Origin: an uncultured Acidobacteriota bacterium | GTDB lineage: Bacteria; Acidobacteriota; Vicinamibacteria; Vicinamibacterales; UBA2999 | Assembly: GCA_963741665.1 (NCBI GenBank) | Contig: CAVUIM010000003.1 | Location: forward strand, 48,710 to 112,709 | Reading direction: 5' to 3' | DNA length: 64,000 nucleotides | Shown: piece by piece, positions 43,077 through 53,160 of the stretch | How the letters are laid out: each line of letters opens with the position of its first letter | How positions within the stretch are numbered: position 1 is the first letter of the stretch | Made by a program: the position numbers and the translations under genes | The notes under the pieces: generated by a model | Database searches by the model: none | What the model was told of the DNA's origin: nothing | The model's input: only the letters and a program-made list of their open reading frames with translations

Positions 43077-44305
43077 CGATGACGACAACGGCGACGACGG
43101 CTTCCGACATCCAGGCGCTCGAAGCGCGGCACGTCCTGCAGACCTACAAGCGGCAGGCAGTGGTGTTCGCCCGCGGCGCGGGCACCCGCATCGAAGACAT
43201 CGACGGCCGCCGCTACCTCGACTTCGTGTCGGGCATCGGCGTGTCGGTGCTCGGCCACGGCCATCCGGGGCTGTCCAAGGCGATCGCCGAGCAGGCGGCG
43301 GCGCTGCTCCACACCTCGAACCTCTACTACCACCCGCTGCAGGGACAGGTGGCGGCGCGGCTGGCGGCGTTCTCGGGCCTGTCGCGCACGTTCTTCTGCA
43401 ACAGCGGCACCGAGGCGATGGAGGCGTGCCTGAAGTTCGCGCGCCGCTTCTGGTTCACCCAGGGCGTGCGCGGCCGCACCCGATTCGTCGCCTTCGAGCA
43501 TGGCTTCTCCGGCCGCACCATGGGCGCGTTGTCGGTCACCGCCAACCCGCACTACCGCGAGCCGTTCGAGCCGCTCATCCCGGGCGTGACGTTCGTGCCG
43601 CCGGGCGATGTCGCGGCCCTCGACGCCGCGGTGTCGTCGGCGACCGCGGCGATCGTCGTCGAGCCGATCCAGGGCGAAGGCGGCGTGCGGCCGATTTCGG
43701 CCGAATTCGCCGCGGCGATCGAAGCCGCCTGCGCGCGCACCGGCGCACTGCTGATCGCCGACGAGGTGCAGTGCGGGCTGGGCCGCACCGGCGCGCCGTT
43801 CTATTTCCAGACGCTGGGCCTCACGCCAGATCTCGTCACGGTGGGCAAGGCGCTCGGCGCCGGCGTGCCGGTGGGCGCGGCGCTGGTCGCCGAGGAGGTC
43901 GCGGCGCAAGTGCTGCCCGGCGATCACGGCACCACCTACGGCGGCAACCTGCTGGCGACACGCGCGGCGCTGTTCGTGCTCGAGCAGCTACAGGACCACG
44001 GCCTGATGGCGCACGTGCAGCGTGCCGGCGCGTACTTCGAGGCGCGGCTCACCGAACTGGCGACTCGGCACGCGGTCGTCACCGAGGTACGCGGCGCCGG
44101 CCTGATGCGCGGCCTCCAGCTCACCGTCGATGCGGCGCCGGTGGTCGAAGGGGCGTTGGCCCGCGGACTGCTCGTGAACCGCACCGCCGAGAGCGTGGTG
44201 CGCCTGCTCCCGCCCTACACGGTCTCCACGGGGGACATCGACGAGGCGGTGGCGACGCTCGACGCCGTGCTGGCCGGTCTGCCAGCGGAGGTGAAGGCGA
44301 AGTGA
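43073..44305 (+). CDS. argD: acetylornithine aminotransferase
   Basis: 410 aa from ATG 43073 (an ATGA overlap with argB). Motifs: FCNSGTEAMEA, DEVQCGLGRTG, TVGKALGAG and HGTTYGGN. Confidence 0.9.
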   Translation: MTMTTTATTASDIQALEARHVLQTYKRQAVVFARGAGTRIEDIDGRRYLDFVSGIGVSVLGHGHPGLSKAIAEQAAALLHTSNLYYHPLQGQVAARLAAFSGLSRTFFCNSGTEAMEACLKFARRFWFTQGVRGRTRFVAFEHGFSGRTMGALSVTANPHYREPFEPLIPGVTFVPPGDVAALDAAVSSATAAIVVEPIQGEGGVRPISAEFAAAIEAACARTGALLIADEVQCGLGRTGAPFYFQTLGLTPDLVTVGKALGAGVPVGAALVAEEVAAQVLPGDHGTTYGGNLLATRAALFVLEQLQDHGLMAHVQRAGAYFEARLTELATRHAVVTEVRGAGLMRGLQLTVDAAPVVEGALARGLLVNRTAESVVRLLPPYTVSTGDIDEAVATLDAVLAGLPAEVKAK

Positions 44306-44850
44306 ACGTGGAGCTTGTGACCGCGCCGGCAGCGGCGCCGGCGCCATTCGATCCTGATGTCGAGCCGACGACGCCGTGCGTCCTGCGGGCCGCCCGCGGC
44401 GGCGACGCCGGCCAGATCCACGCGCTCATCCAGGCGCACCTCGAGGAAGGGCGCCTGCTGCCCCGCCAGCTCGCCGAGCTCACGGTGCACGCGCCGCGCT
44501 TCGTCGTCGCGGTGCAGGGCGACCGCGTGGTCGCGTGCGCGGAACTGGCGCCGCTCAGTCGCGCGGTGGCCGAAGTGCGCTCGCTCGTCGTCCACCGCGA
44601 CGTCCGCCACGACGGCCTGGGCCAGGAGCTGGTCCACGAGCTGCGGCGCCGCGCCCGGCTCGACGGCTTCGACACGCTGTGTGCCTTCACGCACGGCCCG
44701 GGCTTCTTCGTGCGCCTCGGCTTCTCAATCGTCCCCCATCACTGGCTGCGCGAGAAGATCATGGTCGACTGCCAGAGCTGCCCGCTGTTCCGCACCTGCG
44801 GCCAGCACGCGGTGGTGCTGACGCTGCCGCCGCAGCGCCGCCAGGCGTAG
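44302..44850 (+). CDS. GNAT acetyltransferase, short N-acetylglutamate-synthase-like
   Basis: 182 aa from GTG 44302, overlapping the argD stop. It has the acetyl-CoA motif VRHDGLGQELV and the Cys-rich tail DCQSCPLFRTC. Its position inside the arg operon suggests an ArgA-like role. Confidence 0.6.
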   Translation: MNVELVTAPAAAPAPFDPDVEPTTPCVLRAARGGDAGQIHALIQAHLEEGRLLPRQLAELTVHAPRFVVAVQGDRVVACAELAPLSRAVAEVRSLVVHRDVRHDGLGQELVHELRRRARLDGFDTLCAFTHGPGFFVRLGFSIVPHHWLREKIMVDCQSCPLFRTCGQHAVVLTLPPQRRQA

Positions 44851-44854
44851 CCGC

Positions 44855-46069
44855 ATGAGCACCCATCTCACCGTGGTCTCCGGCGGCGTCACCGCGCCGC
44901 GCGGCTTCCGTGCCGCCGGTCTGCACTGCGGCATCAAGGCCAGCGGCAGGCCCGACCTGGCGCTGCTCGTCTGCGATGCGCCGGCCACAGCGGCCGGTGT
45001 GTTCACGCTGAACCTCGCCCAGGCGGCGCCGGTGCTGACGTCGAAGGCGCACCTGCGGGCCACCGGCGGCCACGCCCGCGCGGTGGTCACCAACAGCGGC
45101 TGCGCCAACGCCTGCACCGGCCCGCAGGGCCTGGCCGACGCGCAGGAGATGGCGGCCCTGACCGCGGCGGCGATCGGCTGCGACGCCGCGGACGTGCTGG
45201 TCGCCTCCACCGGCGTCATCGGCGTCAACCTGAAGATGGCGGCGCTGCGCGCCGGCATCCCGATGGCGGTGGCGGCGCTGCGCGTCGACGGCGCTGCCGA
45301 TGCCGCCGACGCCATCATGACGACCGATCCGTTCCCGAAGTCGGCGGCGGTCGAAGTCGAGACCGCACGGGGCACGTTCCGCGTCGGCGGCATGGCCAAG
45401 GGTTCGGGGATGATCGAGCCGCGGATGGCGACGATGCTCGGCTATCTCACCACCGACGCGGTCGTCACGCCCGATCGCCTGCACCGGGTGCTCACCGAGG
45501 CCTGCCGTTACACGTTCAACGCCATCACCGTCGACGGCGAGCCGTCGACCAACGACTGCGCGCTGGCGCTGGCCAGCGGCGCCAGCGGCGTCGTCATCGA
45601 CGACGCCACCGAGGCAGCGCTGTTCGAGGGCTTCCGCGCCGTGGCCCGCGAACTGGCGCTGGGGATCGTGCGCGGCGGCGAGGGCGCGACCAAGCTGGTG
45701 GCGATCACGGCCAGCGACGCCGCGTCGGAGGCCGACGCGTGGACGGCGGCGCGCGCCATCGCCAACTCGCTGCTGGTGAAGACGGCGATCCACGGCAGCG
45801 ATCCCAACTGGGGCCGGCTGGTGGCGGCCGCGGGGCGATCGGGCGCGGCCTTCGTGCTCGACCGCGCCCGGGTGCGCATCGGCCCGCTGGTGCTCTTCGC
45901 CGACGGCCGTCCGTTCGACGAGCTGGCGCCGCAGGCGGCGCACTACCTGCACGGCGCCGATCTCGACATCGAGGTCGCGCTGGGCACCGGCGGCGGCCAT
46001 CAGGCCACGGTGTGGACCTGCGACCTGTCGAAGATGTACGTGCAGATCAACGCCGAGTACAGGACCTGA
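44855..46069 (+). CDS. argJ: glutamate N-acetyltransferase / ornithine acetyltransferase ArgJ
   Basis: 404 aa. Motifs: APRGFRAAGLHCGIK, the self-cleavage site region ATMLGYLTTDA, and SDPNWGR. Confidence 0.92.
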   Translation: MSTHLTVVSGGVTAPRGFRAAGLHCGIKASGRPDLALLVCDAPATAAGVFTLNLAQAAPVLTSKAHLRATGGHARAVVTNSGCANACTGPQGLADAQEMAALTAAAIGCDAADVLVASTGVIGVNLKMAALRAGIPMAVAALRVDGAADAADAIMTTDPFPKSAAVEVETARGTFRVGGMAKGSGMIEPRMATMLGYLTTDAVVTPDRLHRVLTEACRYTFNAITVDGEPSTNDCALALASGASGVVIDDATEAALFEGFRAVARELALGIVRGGEGATKLVAITASDAASEADAWTAARAIANSLLVKTAIHGSDPNWGRLVAAAGRSGAAFVLDRARVRIGPLVLFADGRPFDELAPQAAHYLHGADLDIEVALGTGGGHQATVWTCDLSKMYVQINAEYRT

Positions 46070-46074
46070 CGCGC

Positions 46075-47010
46075 GTGGCCCCGACCCGACACTTCCTTTC
46101 GATCCTCGACTTCACCCCGGACGATCTCGCCCGCTGTCTCGAGCTGGCGTCGGCGCTGCGGGCCGGCCGCCGGGCGTGCACGCCGGTGCCGCAGGCCACG
46201 GCGCTGGCCGGGCGCCAGATCGGCCTGCTGTTCGAGAAGCCGTCGCTGCGCACGCGCGTCACCTTCACCATCGGCATCCGCGAGCTCGGCGGCGACTTCG
46301 TCGACATTCCCTCGGACGTCATGCACGCCGACCGTGAACCGCTGCACGACGTGGCCCGCAACCTCGAGCGCTGGGTCGACGCCGTCGTCATCCGCACCTT
46401 CGCCCAGGCCCGGCTGGAGATCTTCCTGGAGTCGGCGCCGTCGCTGCGCATCGTCAACGCGCTGTCGGACGAGGAACATCCGTGTCAGGCCCTGGCCGAC
46501 ATGCAGACGCTGCGCGAGCGCTGGGGCGCCGTGGCCGGACGCACCATCGCCTTCGTCGGCGACGGCAACAACGTGGCGACCTCGCTGGCGCATGCGGCGC
46601 TGATGCTCGGCGCGCACGTGCGAGTGGCCACGCCCAAGGGCTTTGCGCTGGCGCCGGTGGTGGTCGAGCAGGCCGGCCGCATCGCGGTCGGCGGTGCCGA
46701 GCTGTCGCAGTTCGTCGATCCGAACACCGCGGTGAAGGGCGCCGACGCCGTCTACACCGACGTCTGGACGTCGATGGGCCAGGAAGTCGAAGCGGCCGAG
46801 CGCACCAAGCTGTTCTCCCGCTACCAGGTGAACGACGCGCTGATGGCGCGGGCCGCGCCCGGCGCGATCTTCATGCACTGCCTGCCCGCCCACCGCGGCC
46901 AGGAGGTGACCGACGAGGTCATCGAGTCGGCGGCCTCGGTGGTGTTCGACCAGGCCGAAAACCGCCTGCACGCCCAGAAGGCGATGCTGATCCAGCTCTT
47001 CAGAGACTAG
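46075..47010 (+). CDS. argF: ornithine carbamoyltransferase
   Basis: 311 aa from GTG 46075. Motifs: FEKPSLRTR, HPCQALAD, DVWTSMG and HCLPAHRGQEV. Confidence 0.92.
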   Translation: MAPTRHFLSILDFTPDDLARCLELASALRAGRRACTPVPQATALAGRQIGLLFEKPSLRTRVTFTIGIRELGGDFVDIPSDVMHADREPLHDVARNLERWVDAVVIRTFAQARLEIFLESAPSLRIVNALSDEEHPCQALADMQTLRERWGAVAGRTIAFVGDGNNVATSLAHAALMLGAHVRVATPKGFALAPVVVEQAGRIAVGGAELSQFVDPNTAVKGADAVYTDVWTSMGQEVEAAERTKLFSRYQVNDALMARAAPGAIFMHCLPAHRGQEVTDEVIESAASVVFDQAENRLHAQKAMLIQLFRD

Positions 47011-47079
47011 CGGCTCGCGCCTGACAGGAAATGCCGCGCCGCGAGTTGCAATGGGGACAGTCCCCGTTACAATCCGCCG

Positions 47080-47838
47080 GTGCGCATCGACCTGAATGCC
47101 GACCTGGGCGAGTCGTTCGGCGCCTGGCCGATGGGCCAGGACACGCTGCTGATGCCGGTGATCTCGTCGGCCAACGTCGCCTGCGGCGGCCACGCCGGCG
47201 ACCCCGGCACGATGCGGCGCACGGTGCGGCTGGCCCGCGCCCACGGCGTGGCGGTCGGCGCGCACCCAGGCTTCCCCGATCTGCTCGGCTTCGGCCGCCG
47301 CGAAATCCAGATGAGCCCGCAGGAGGTCGAGGACCTGGTGCTCTACCAGGTCAGCGCCCTGGCCGGCATCGCCCGGAGCGAGGGGGTGCGCCTGCAGCAC
47401 GTGAAGGCCCACGGCGCGCTCTACAACATGGCGTGCCAGGACGAGGCGCTGGCCGAGGCGATCGCCCGGGCGGTGCTGGCGTGCGACCCGGCCCTGGTCC
47501 TGTTCGGCCTCCCCGACTCGGCCCTGATCCAGGCTGGACTCGACGCCGGATTGCCGGTGGCCGCCGAGGCGTTCGCCGACCGCGCCTACCACGCCGACGG
47601 CAGCCTCGTCTCGCGCAGGGTGCCGGGCAGCGTCCTCCACGAGGTCGACCTGGTGGTCGCCCGCGCCGTCACCATGGCCACCGAGCGCACGGTCGACACG
47701 GTGGACGGCCCGGCCATCACCTTCGAGGCCGACACGCTGTGCGTGCACGGCGACACCCCGGGCGCCGCGGCGCTGGCCGCCGCGATCCGCCGCGGTCTCG
47801 AAGACGCCGGTGTGACGATCGCGCGACTGACGCGTTGA
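47080..47838 (+). CDS. pxpA: 5-oxoprolinase subunit A (LamB/YcsF family)
   Basis: 252 aa with a GTG start. Motifs: IDLNADLGESFG, SSANVACGGHAGDP and KAHGALYN. Confidence 0.88.
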   Translation: MRIDLNADLGESFGAWPMGQDTLLMPVISSANVACGGHAGDPGTMRRTVRLARAHGVAVGAHPGFPDLLGFGRREIQMSPQEVEDLVLYQVSALAGIARSEGVRLQHVKAHGALYNMACQDEALAEAIARAVLACDPALVLFGLPDSALIQAGLDAGLPVAAEAFADRAYHADGSLVSRRVPGSVLHEVDLVVARAVTMATERTVDTVDGPAITFEADTLCVHGDTPGAAALAAAIRRGLEDAGVTIARLTR

Positions 47839-48055
47839 AGACGGGCGCCGCCCACGTCATCCGGGACGCGTCGGCGGGAACGAACCTGTAAGCGGCGGAT
47901 CAAACTTGTGGTGGCGCCGGACGCCGGCGCCGCGAGATCGGCCTGTTTTCGGTCGGCACGAAGCTTGTAAAGAACGCGGCGTCGCCAGTTCTGTTGTTTG
48001 CGGTTTGGTGCCGTGAACGCTGGGGGGAGCCAGGCTGGCGACACCTCTCGATGAC

Positions 48056-48089
48056 AAAAGGGGCAGGCCCTCGGGCCTGCCCCTTGTCA
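48056..48089 (-). terminator. rho-independent terminator of the DGQHR gene
   Basis: A 10-bp perfect stem, GGGGCAGGCC (48060-69) with GGCCTGCCCC (48074-83), and a 4-nt loop. On the minus strand it is followed by TTTTGTCAT. It lies about 60 nt below the stop at 48144. Confidence 0.75.
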
Positions 48090-48143
48090 CGTACATCGAC
48101 CGATTGGTGGCCGCCTGATCGGCGGATCCGCCCGGAGAACGAA

Positions 48144-49280
48144 CTACTGTCCGGCGCCCTCGGGATACATCAGCGCCAGGCGCAGTTCCTTGGCCAGACC
48201 GTCGACGCTGGCGCCCGAGCGCTTCCACGCCCCGTCCGTTTCGAAGCGCAACGCGCCAATCCGTCGCCCCCACGGGGCAATGGCTCGCCCGATGGCGCGG
48301 AAGTCCGTGCGCTCGGCATGCTGCTGCTCGACCGCCCGGAGGACGTCGGGTGCCACGCGCACGAACGCGCGCAGCGCGGTGGCCGATCGGATGCTGTACT
48401 TGCGGCCGTGCCAGGCCGTCTCGAAGACCGACGACACCTGCTTCAAGTAGTTGACGAAGAAGGTCTTGGAGTCGTCGCGGAACTGCGCCGCCTTGCGCGC
48501 GCCGCCGAGCGCCTCCTCATCGGCGAAGAGCCGCTTGAACTCCTGCGCCAGTGGCGCCTGCGCCACCCGGCCCTTGCCCACGCCGAGCAGCTTGATTTCG
48601 TTGTGGAGCGGCGAGTCGTCGCGGTCGTTCAGCGCCCGGACGACGTCGTGAGCGGCGGCCAGGGCCTCGTCGCGATACAACTGCCGGCCAGACAGCGACA
48701 CCAGGTGCGACGCGTTCAACCGCGTGTGCTTGGCGTTGATGGTGACGAACATCTGCACGACGTGATCTTCGGGCAGACGATCGAAAATGATCGCCGGGAC
48801 GGTGAACTGCTCGTCCTGGAAGTTGTCGATGTCGGCGTGGAGGGCCAGCAGCCGGTGCTGGCCGTCGATGGCGCGCAGGATGCCTTCGCGTTCCGGCACC
48901 TTCAACCGGCCGAGTGAGCTGCCGGCCTCCATCGGCTCGAACGACAGCTTCTCGTCGCACGAGATGATCACGGCGCCGGGAATCGACGGCAGGTCGCGCG
49001 CCTGGCGGCACTGCTCGTAGTACTGGACCAGCTCGTCGATCTTCTTGCGGATGATCTGGCGTTGATACGCCTTTTCGCTCGACGCGATGCGCCGCTCGAG
49101 CAGATCCCAGCGGATCTTCGACGGCGCCTTCTTCGCTCCGCCGCGCACGCCGCCGCTCGACTGGTCGCCGTAGCTGAGGACCTCGAAGCGGACCAGCTTG
49201 TCGATGTCGCTGGCCGTCAAAGACGCTTGGTAGAATTGCACACCGAACTGCTGCATCCGAATCGCGGCAACGCTGATCAT
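48144..49280 (-). CDS. DGQHR-domain protein (DndB-like / ParB-nuclease-related)
   Basis: 378 aa from the ATG whose complement is at 49278-49280. It contains the eponymous motif AIDGQHRLLAL followed by FVTINAKHTRL. It is a single gene with its own terminator, in opposite orientation to both neighbours. Confidence 0.75.
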   Translation of the reverse strand: MISVAAIRMQQFGVQFYQASLTASDIDKLVRFEVLSYGDQSSGGVRGGAKKAPSKIRWDLLERRIASSEKAYQRQIIRKKIDELVQYYEQCRQARDLPSIPGAVIISCDEKLSFEPMEAGSSLGRLKVPEREGILRAIDGQHRLLALHADIDNFQDEQFTVPAIIFDRLPEDHVVQMFVTINAKHTRLNASHLVSLSGRQLYRDEALAAAHDVVRALNDRDDSPLHNEIKLLGVGKGRVAQAPLAQEFKRLFADEEALGGARKAAQFRDDSKTFFVNYLKQVSSVFETAWHGRKYSIRSATALRAFVRVAPDVLRAVEQQHAERTDFRAIGRAIAPWGRRIGALRFETDGAWKRSGASVDGLAKELRLALMYPEGAGQ

Positions 49281-49422
49281 AGGTGTCCCGTTGGACGGCC
49301 GGATTCTACTGGCCTGCTGCCGTGAACACCAACCGTTTTTTCCCCGCGACGACCACGACGCGTGCAACCGCAGGGCGCCGGACTGAAGTCGTAACTAGCT
49401 GATTCAAAAGGACTTGATATCG

Positions 49423-52227
49423 ATGATCGCCCGGATCCCAGCTCGACTGCGGGTGCTCTTGTGGGCAGCCTTGACCATCGCCCTCGGGCTGGGAGGGCTG
49501 GCCGATGGCCAGACCCGCGGCCCGGTCACGAGCGAGGACGAGGAGTTCGCCCGGCTGGTCAAGGAATGGACGACCCGGCCCGATTTCACCAGCCCGCTGG
49601 TGTCGCATCTGCCGCGTCGTCCGGGCGTGCCGACGCCCAAGGACGTGCTCGGGTACCACATCGGCGAGCCCAAGCGGCTGACCTACACCGCCGATCAGCA
49701 GAAGTACTTCAAGGCGTTGGAGAAGGCGCTGCCGGGCCGGGTGCGGACGATCTCGGCCGGGCAGACCGAGGAAGGCCGCGATATCCAGGTCGTCTTCATC
49801 TCGTCGGAAGCCAACCTCAAGAACCTCGAAACCAACCGGCGCAACCTGAAGCGGCTGGCCGACCCACGCGGCCTGTCGGCCACCGACGCCCAGGCGATCG
49901 TCGCCGCGACCAAGCCGCACTATCACATCTCGGCCGGGCTCCACAGCGCCGAGACGTCGCCGCCCGAGGCGGTGATCGAGCTGGTCTATCGCCTGGCGGT
50001 GTCCGAGGAACCGTACATCCGCAAGATCCGCGACAACGTGATCATCTCGGTGGCGCCGACCACCGACCTCGACGGCCGCGACCGCGCCGTGGACTGGTAC
50101 TACGCCTACAAGATCGACGAAGCCTACGACGGCGGCGAGAACTTCGGCGGCCCGCCCTACTGGGGCAAGTACGTCTTCCACGACAACAATCGCGACATCA
50201 ACTACGGGGTCGACTCGCTGCGCGCCCACCTCGAGTGGTACCTGCACTGGGTGCCACCGGTGTGGCACGACCTGCACGAAGCCCAGATCCTGCTCTACAC
50301 CTTCAGCGGCCAGCCGCCGCAGAACGCCAACCTCGATCCGATTCTCTATTCCGAGCTGCCGTTCTTCGCGACCTACGAGGTGAACAAGCTCACCGGCTAC
50401 GGCATGCCGGGCGTGTGGCACTTCGGGTTCGTCGACATGTGGTCGCCCGGCTACCTCGGCTACGCCGCCGCCAACCACAACGGCATGCTGCGGATGTACG
50501 AAATCTTCAACCAGGGCGGCGCCAACACGAAGAAGGCGCGGCTGACCGGCAGCCAGCTGACCCGCGAGTGGTTCCGGCCGAAACCGGCGCCGTCGGGCGA
50601 GGTCGACTGGTCGATCCGCAACTCGATCAACTACGCGCAGACCGGGGTCCTCACGGCGCTCGAGCTGGCCTCCACCGTCCCGGGGATGCTGGTCGAAAAC
50701 TTCTACGAGAAGTCGGCGAACAGCGTCGCGGCGGGCACGGCGGCGGCGCCGTACGCGTTCGTCCTGCCGGCTGGCCAGCCTGACCAGACGCGCGTCGACC
50801 GGGTGGTAAACCTGCTGCGCCGGCAGGCCATCGAGGTGCACCGGGCCACCGCCGACGTCGGCACCGGCGACGCGAAGATCGTGTCCGGGTCGTACCTGGT
50901 GCGCCTGAACCAGCCGTACGGCCGGCTCGCCAAGACGCTGCTCGAGAAGCAGACCTACCCCGACGCCAGCCTGCGCACCTACGACGACAGCGCCTGGACG
51001 ATGGGCCTGGCCAACGACGTCGAGATCCGCACGGTCGACGACCGGGACGCGCTCACCTCACCGGCCGAGCTCCTCACCGCCGACGTGACCACGACCGGCG
51101 GCATCAGCGGCGAACTCGGCAAGGTGGTGGCGGTGAAGCACAGCGGCGCCTTGAACCTCATCACCTTGCGCTACCGGCTGAAGGATCTGCCGGTGCGCGG
51201 CGCCGTCGCCGCGTTCACGACGCCGGCCGGCGAGTTTCCCGCCGGCTCGTTCCTGATCGAGACCGGCAGCCACGCCGAGCGCATCGCCACCGAGGTGAAG
51301 GCACTGGGCCTGGTCGCGGCGGCGCTGCCGGCGATGCCCGACGGCGTCGCCACGACCGATGTCGATCTGCCGCGGCTGGCGATCTACACCACCTGGGCGA
51401 ACACCGAGAAGGTCGGCTGGGTGCGCCTCGCCTTCGACCGCTTCGAGATTCCCTACGACCTCATCCACAAGGACCACGTGCAGCCCGGCGCGCGGCTGCG
51501 GTCGAAGTACGACGTCATCGTCGTGCCGCACCAGACCCAAAGCGGCAAGGCCCTGGTCTACGAACAGCCCAAGCTGTCGAGGCCGCTGCCGTACAAACAG
51601 CACGACCGGTTCAAGTCGTTCGGGATGTACGCCCAGACCGACGACGTGCGCGGCGGGATGGGCATCAAGGGCGTGGCCGAGTTCGCCGACTTCCTCGATG
51701 CCGGCGGCGTCGTGATGACCTTCGGTGTCGCCAGCTACTTCCCAGCCGAGTTCGGACTGACCCGCGGGGTCGACGCGCAGCGGCCGCAAGGCACGTGGTA
51801 CGCCCCTGGTCCCTACGTGCAGACCGAGGCCGTCGATGCCAGCCACCCGCTGCTCTACGGCATCCGCGGCAAGACGCTGCCGGTGCGCTGGGCCGAGGGT
51901 CCGCTGCTGCAGGTGGCCGGCTCGAATCCAGAGACGGTGGCCTTAACCGGCACGACCCCGAACAACGCGAAGGTCGTGCTCCGCTACCCCGGCGGCGACA
52001 GCGCGGTGCTGAGCGGCCTGATGCGCGGCGCCGACCAGCTGCGCAATCGCCCGGCCCTGGTGGACGCCCCGGTCGGCAAGGGCCGGGTTTTGCTTTACAC
52101 GATGAACCCGATCTACCGGTGGCAGACCTTCGGCGAGCACGGGCTCGTCTTCAACGGCCTGCTGTACTGGAACGATCTGGACCGGCCCGCGCCGGCGGCG
52201 ACCGCGGCGACGCCACCGCGGCCGTAG
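49423..52227 (+). CDS. secreted M14-family zinc carboxypeptidase-like protein (large)
   Basis: From ATG 49423 (AAGGA 11 nt upstream; an alternative TTG is at 49414). It has a signal peptide. The Zn motif region is HISAGLHSAE (HxxE). The overall length and layout match large M14 peptidases. Confidence 0.6.
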   Translation: MIARIPARLRVLLWAALTIALGLGGLADGQTRGPVTSEDEEFARLVKEWTTRPDFTSPLVSHLPRRPGVPTPKDVLGYHIGEPKRLTYTADQQKYFKALEKALPGRVRTISAGQTEEGRDIQVVFISSEANLKNLETNRRNLKRLADPRGLSATDAQAIVAATKPHYHISAGLHSAETSPPEAVIELVYRLAVSEEPYIRKIRDNVIISVAPTTDLDGRDRAVDWYYAYKIDEAYDGGENFGGPPYWGKYVFHDNNRDINYGVDSLRAHLEWYLHWVPPVWHDLHEAQILLYTFSGQPPQNANLDPILYSELPFFATYEVNKLTGYGMPGVWHFGFVDMWSPGYLGYAAANHNGMLRMYEIFNQGGANTKKARLTGSQLTREWFRPKPAPSGEVDWSIRNSINYAQTGVLTALELASTVPGMLVENFYEKSANSVAAGTAAAPYAFVLPAGQPDQTRVDRVVNLLRRQAIEVHRATADVGTGDAKIVSGSYLVRLNQPYGRLAKTLLEKQTYPDASLRTYDDSAWTMGLANDVEIRTVDDRDALTSPAELLTADVTTTGGISGELGKVVAVKHSGALNLITLRYRLKDLPVRGAVAAFTTPAGEFPAGSFLIETGSHAERIATEVKALGLVAAALPAMPDGVATTDVDLPRLAIYTTWANTEKVGWVRLAFDRFEIPYDLIHKDHVQPGARLRSKYDVIVVPHQTQSGKALVYEQPKLSRPLPYKQHDRFKSFGMYAQTDDVRGGMGIKGVAEFADFLDAGGVVMTFGVASYFPAEFGLTRGVDAQRPQGTWYAPGPYVQTEAVDASHPLLYGIRGKTLPVRWAEGPLLQVAGSNPETVALTGTTPNNAKVVLRYPGGDSAVLSGLMRGADQLRNRPALVDAPVGKGRVLLYTMNPIYRWQTFGEHGLVFNGLLYWNDLDRPAPAATAATPPRP

Positions 52228-52236
52228 CTCGCGCCG

Positions 52237-53028
52237 CTACGTGCGCGTCGCGGTCACCAGCACGTGAGGGTCCGCCACGCTCAGCCGCGTGACCGTGCCG
52301 GCCTCGCGGGCGAACGCGATCCTCACCGACGGCGCGCCGGCTGGGAAGAACACCAGCTCGCCGGCGTGGAACAGGGTGCGGCGGTCGGCGCCCGGACGGG
52401 TGATGCCGAGCTGATCGCGATCGACGTCGACCACGAAGTGATCGCGCGGGCCGGCGCCGAAGCGGTAGCGGCCGACGACGGCGTCGCGATCGGCGGGAGC
52501 GAGCGGCTGGGTGGCGCTGCGAGTGTCGGCGCCGCCGAGGCTCTCCAGGTACTGCACGACCGCGGCGGAGTCGGCTCCTCCGGTGCGGGCGTGGGCGAGC
52601 AGCGTGATGCCGTGCGGTCCGAGCATTGCCTGCACCCCTGGCCGAGCCGTGACCAGCGCGCGCACGACGTCGAGCTGACCGAGCATGGCCGCCGAGAACA
52701 ACGTCGGTGGCGCCCCGTTGGCCAGCAGCAGCTCGGCGATCTCGCGCCGGCCGGTGTGCGCGGCGGCGCCGAGCGCCGTTTCCCAGTCGCCGAAGCCCCA
52801 GTCGACTGCCGCCCGGGCCAGCGCCGGCTGCCGCTCCACCAGCTCGCGGACGCGGGCGAGGTTGCCGTGCGACGCGCCGACGACCTCCTTGGCAAGGGCC
52901 GGGTCCTGCCGTGGCAGCCAGTCGGGGAATTCGGCCGGCGCCGACTGCGCGGTGACACCGGCCGGAAGCAACGTCGCCAGGCCGACACCGGGCAATTGGA
53001 CGAACGAGCGACGGGACAGATGACGCAT
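52237..53028 (-). CDS. ankyrin-repeat protein with Tat-type signal peptide
   Basis: 263 aa from the ATG whose complement is at 53026-53028. It has the twin-arginine motif SRRSFV. Ankyrin-like units include TALGAAAHTGRREIAELLLANGA and GQLDVVRALV. Confidence 0.6.
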   Translation of the reverse strand: MRHLSRRSFVQLPGVGLATLLPAGVTAQSAPAEFPDWLPRQDPALAKEVVGASHGNLARVRELVERQPALARAAVDWGFGDWETALGAAAHTGRREIAELLLANGAPPTLFSAAMLGQLDVVRALVTARPGVQAMLGPHGITLLAHARTGGADSAAVVQYLESLGGADTRSATQPLAPADRDAVVGRYRFGAGPRDHFVVDVDRDQLGITRPGADRRTLFHAGELVFFPAGAPSVRIAFAREAGTVTRLSVADPHVLVTATRT

Positions 53029-53160
53029 GCGGACGACCTCCAGGCACACGAGCGTGCTGCGGGCCATCGTGCGGGTCGCGCGTCCGGACCGCAAACGGAA
53101 ATCCGGCGAGGACGGGATGAGGCGGTAAGCCGTTGACAGCGCGTCGTTTGAGGGTGGACG

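Noticed and set aside
44302-46069. Co-occurrence of a short GNAT (ArgA-like) gene and argJ in the same operon, considered as an anomaly.
   Set aside because: Both can legitimately coexist: ArgJ recycles the acetyl group, and a synthase primes the cycle. This is not unusual enough to report.
47839-48055. The non-coding stretch after pxpA containing small GC palindromes (for example GGCGCCGG-ACG-CCGGCGCC near 47911-47929), considered as a possible ncRNA.
   Set aside because: - I could find no recognisable RNA family features, promoter or terminator of its own.
- Short GC palindromes arise easily at this GC content.
- The only convincing structure nearby is the DGQHR terminator, which is already listed.
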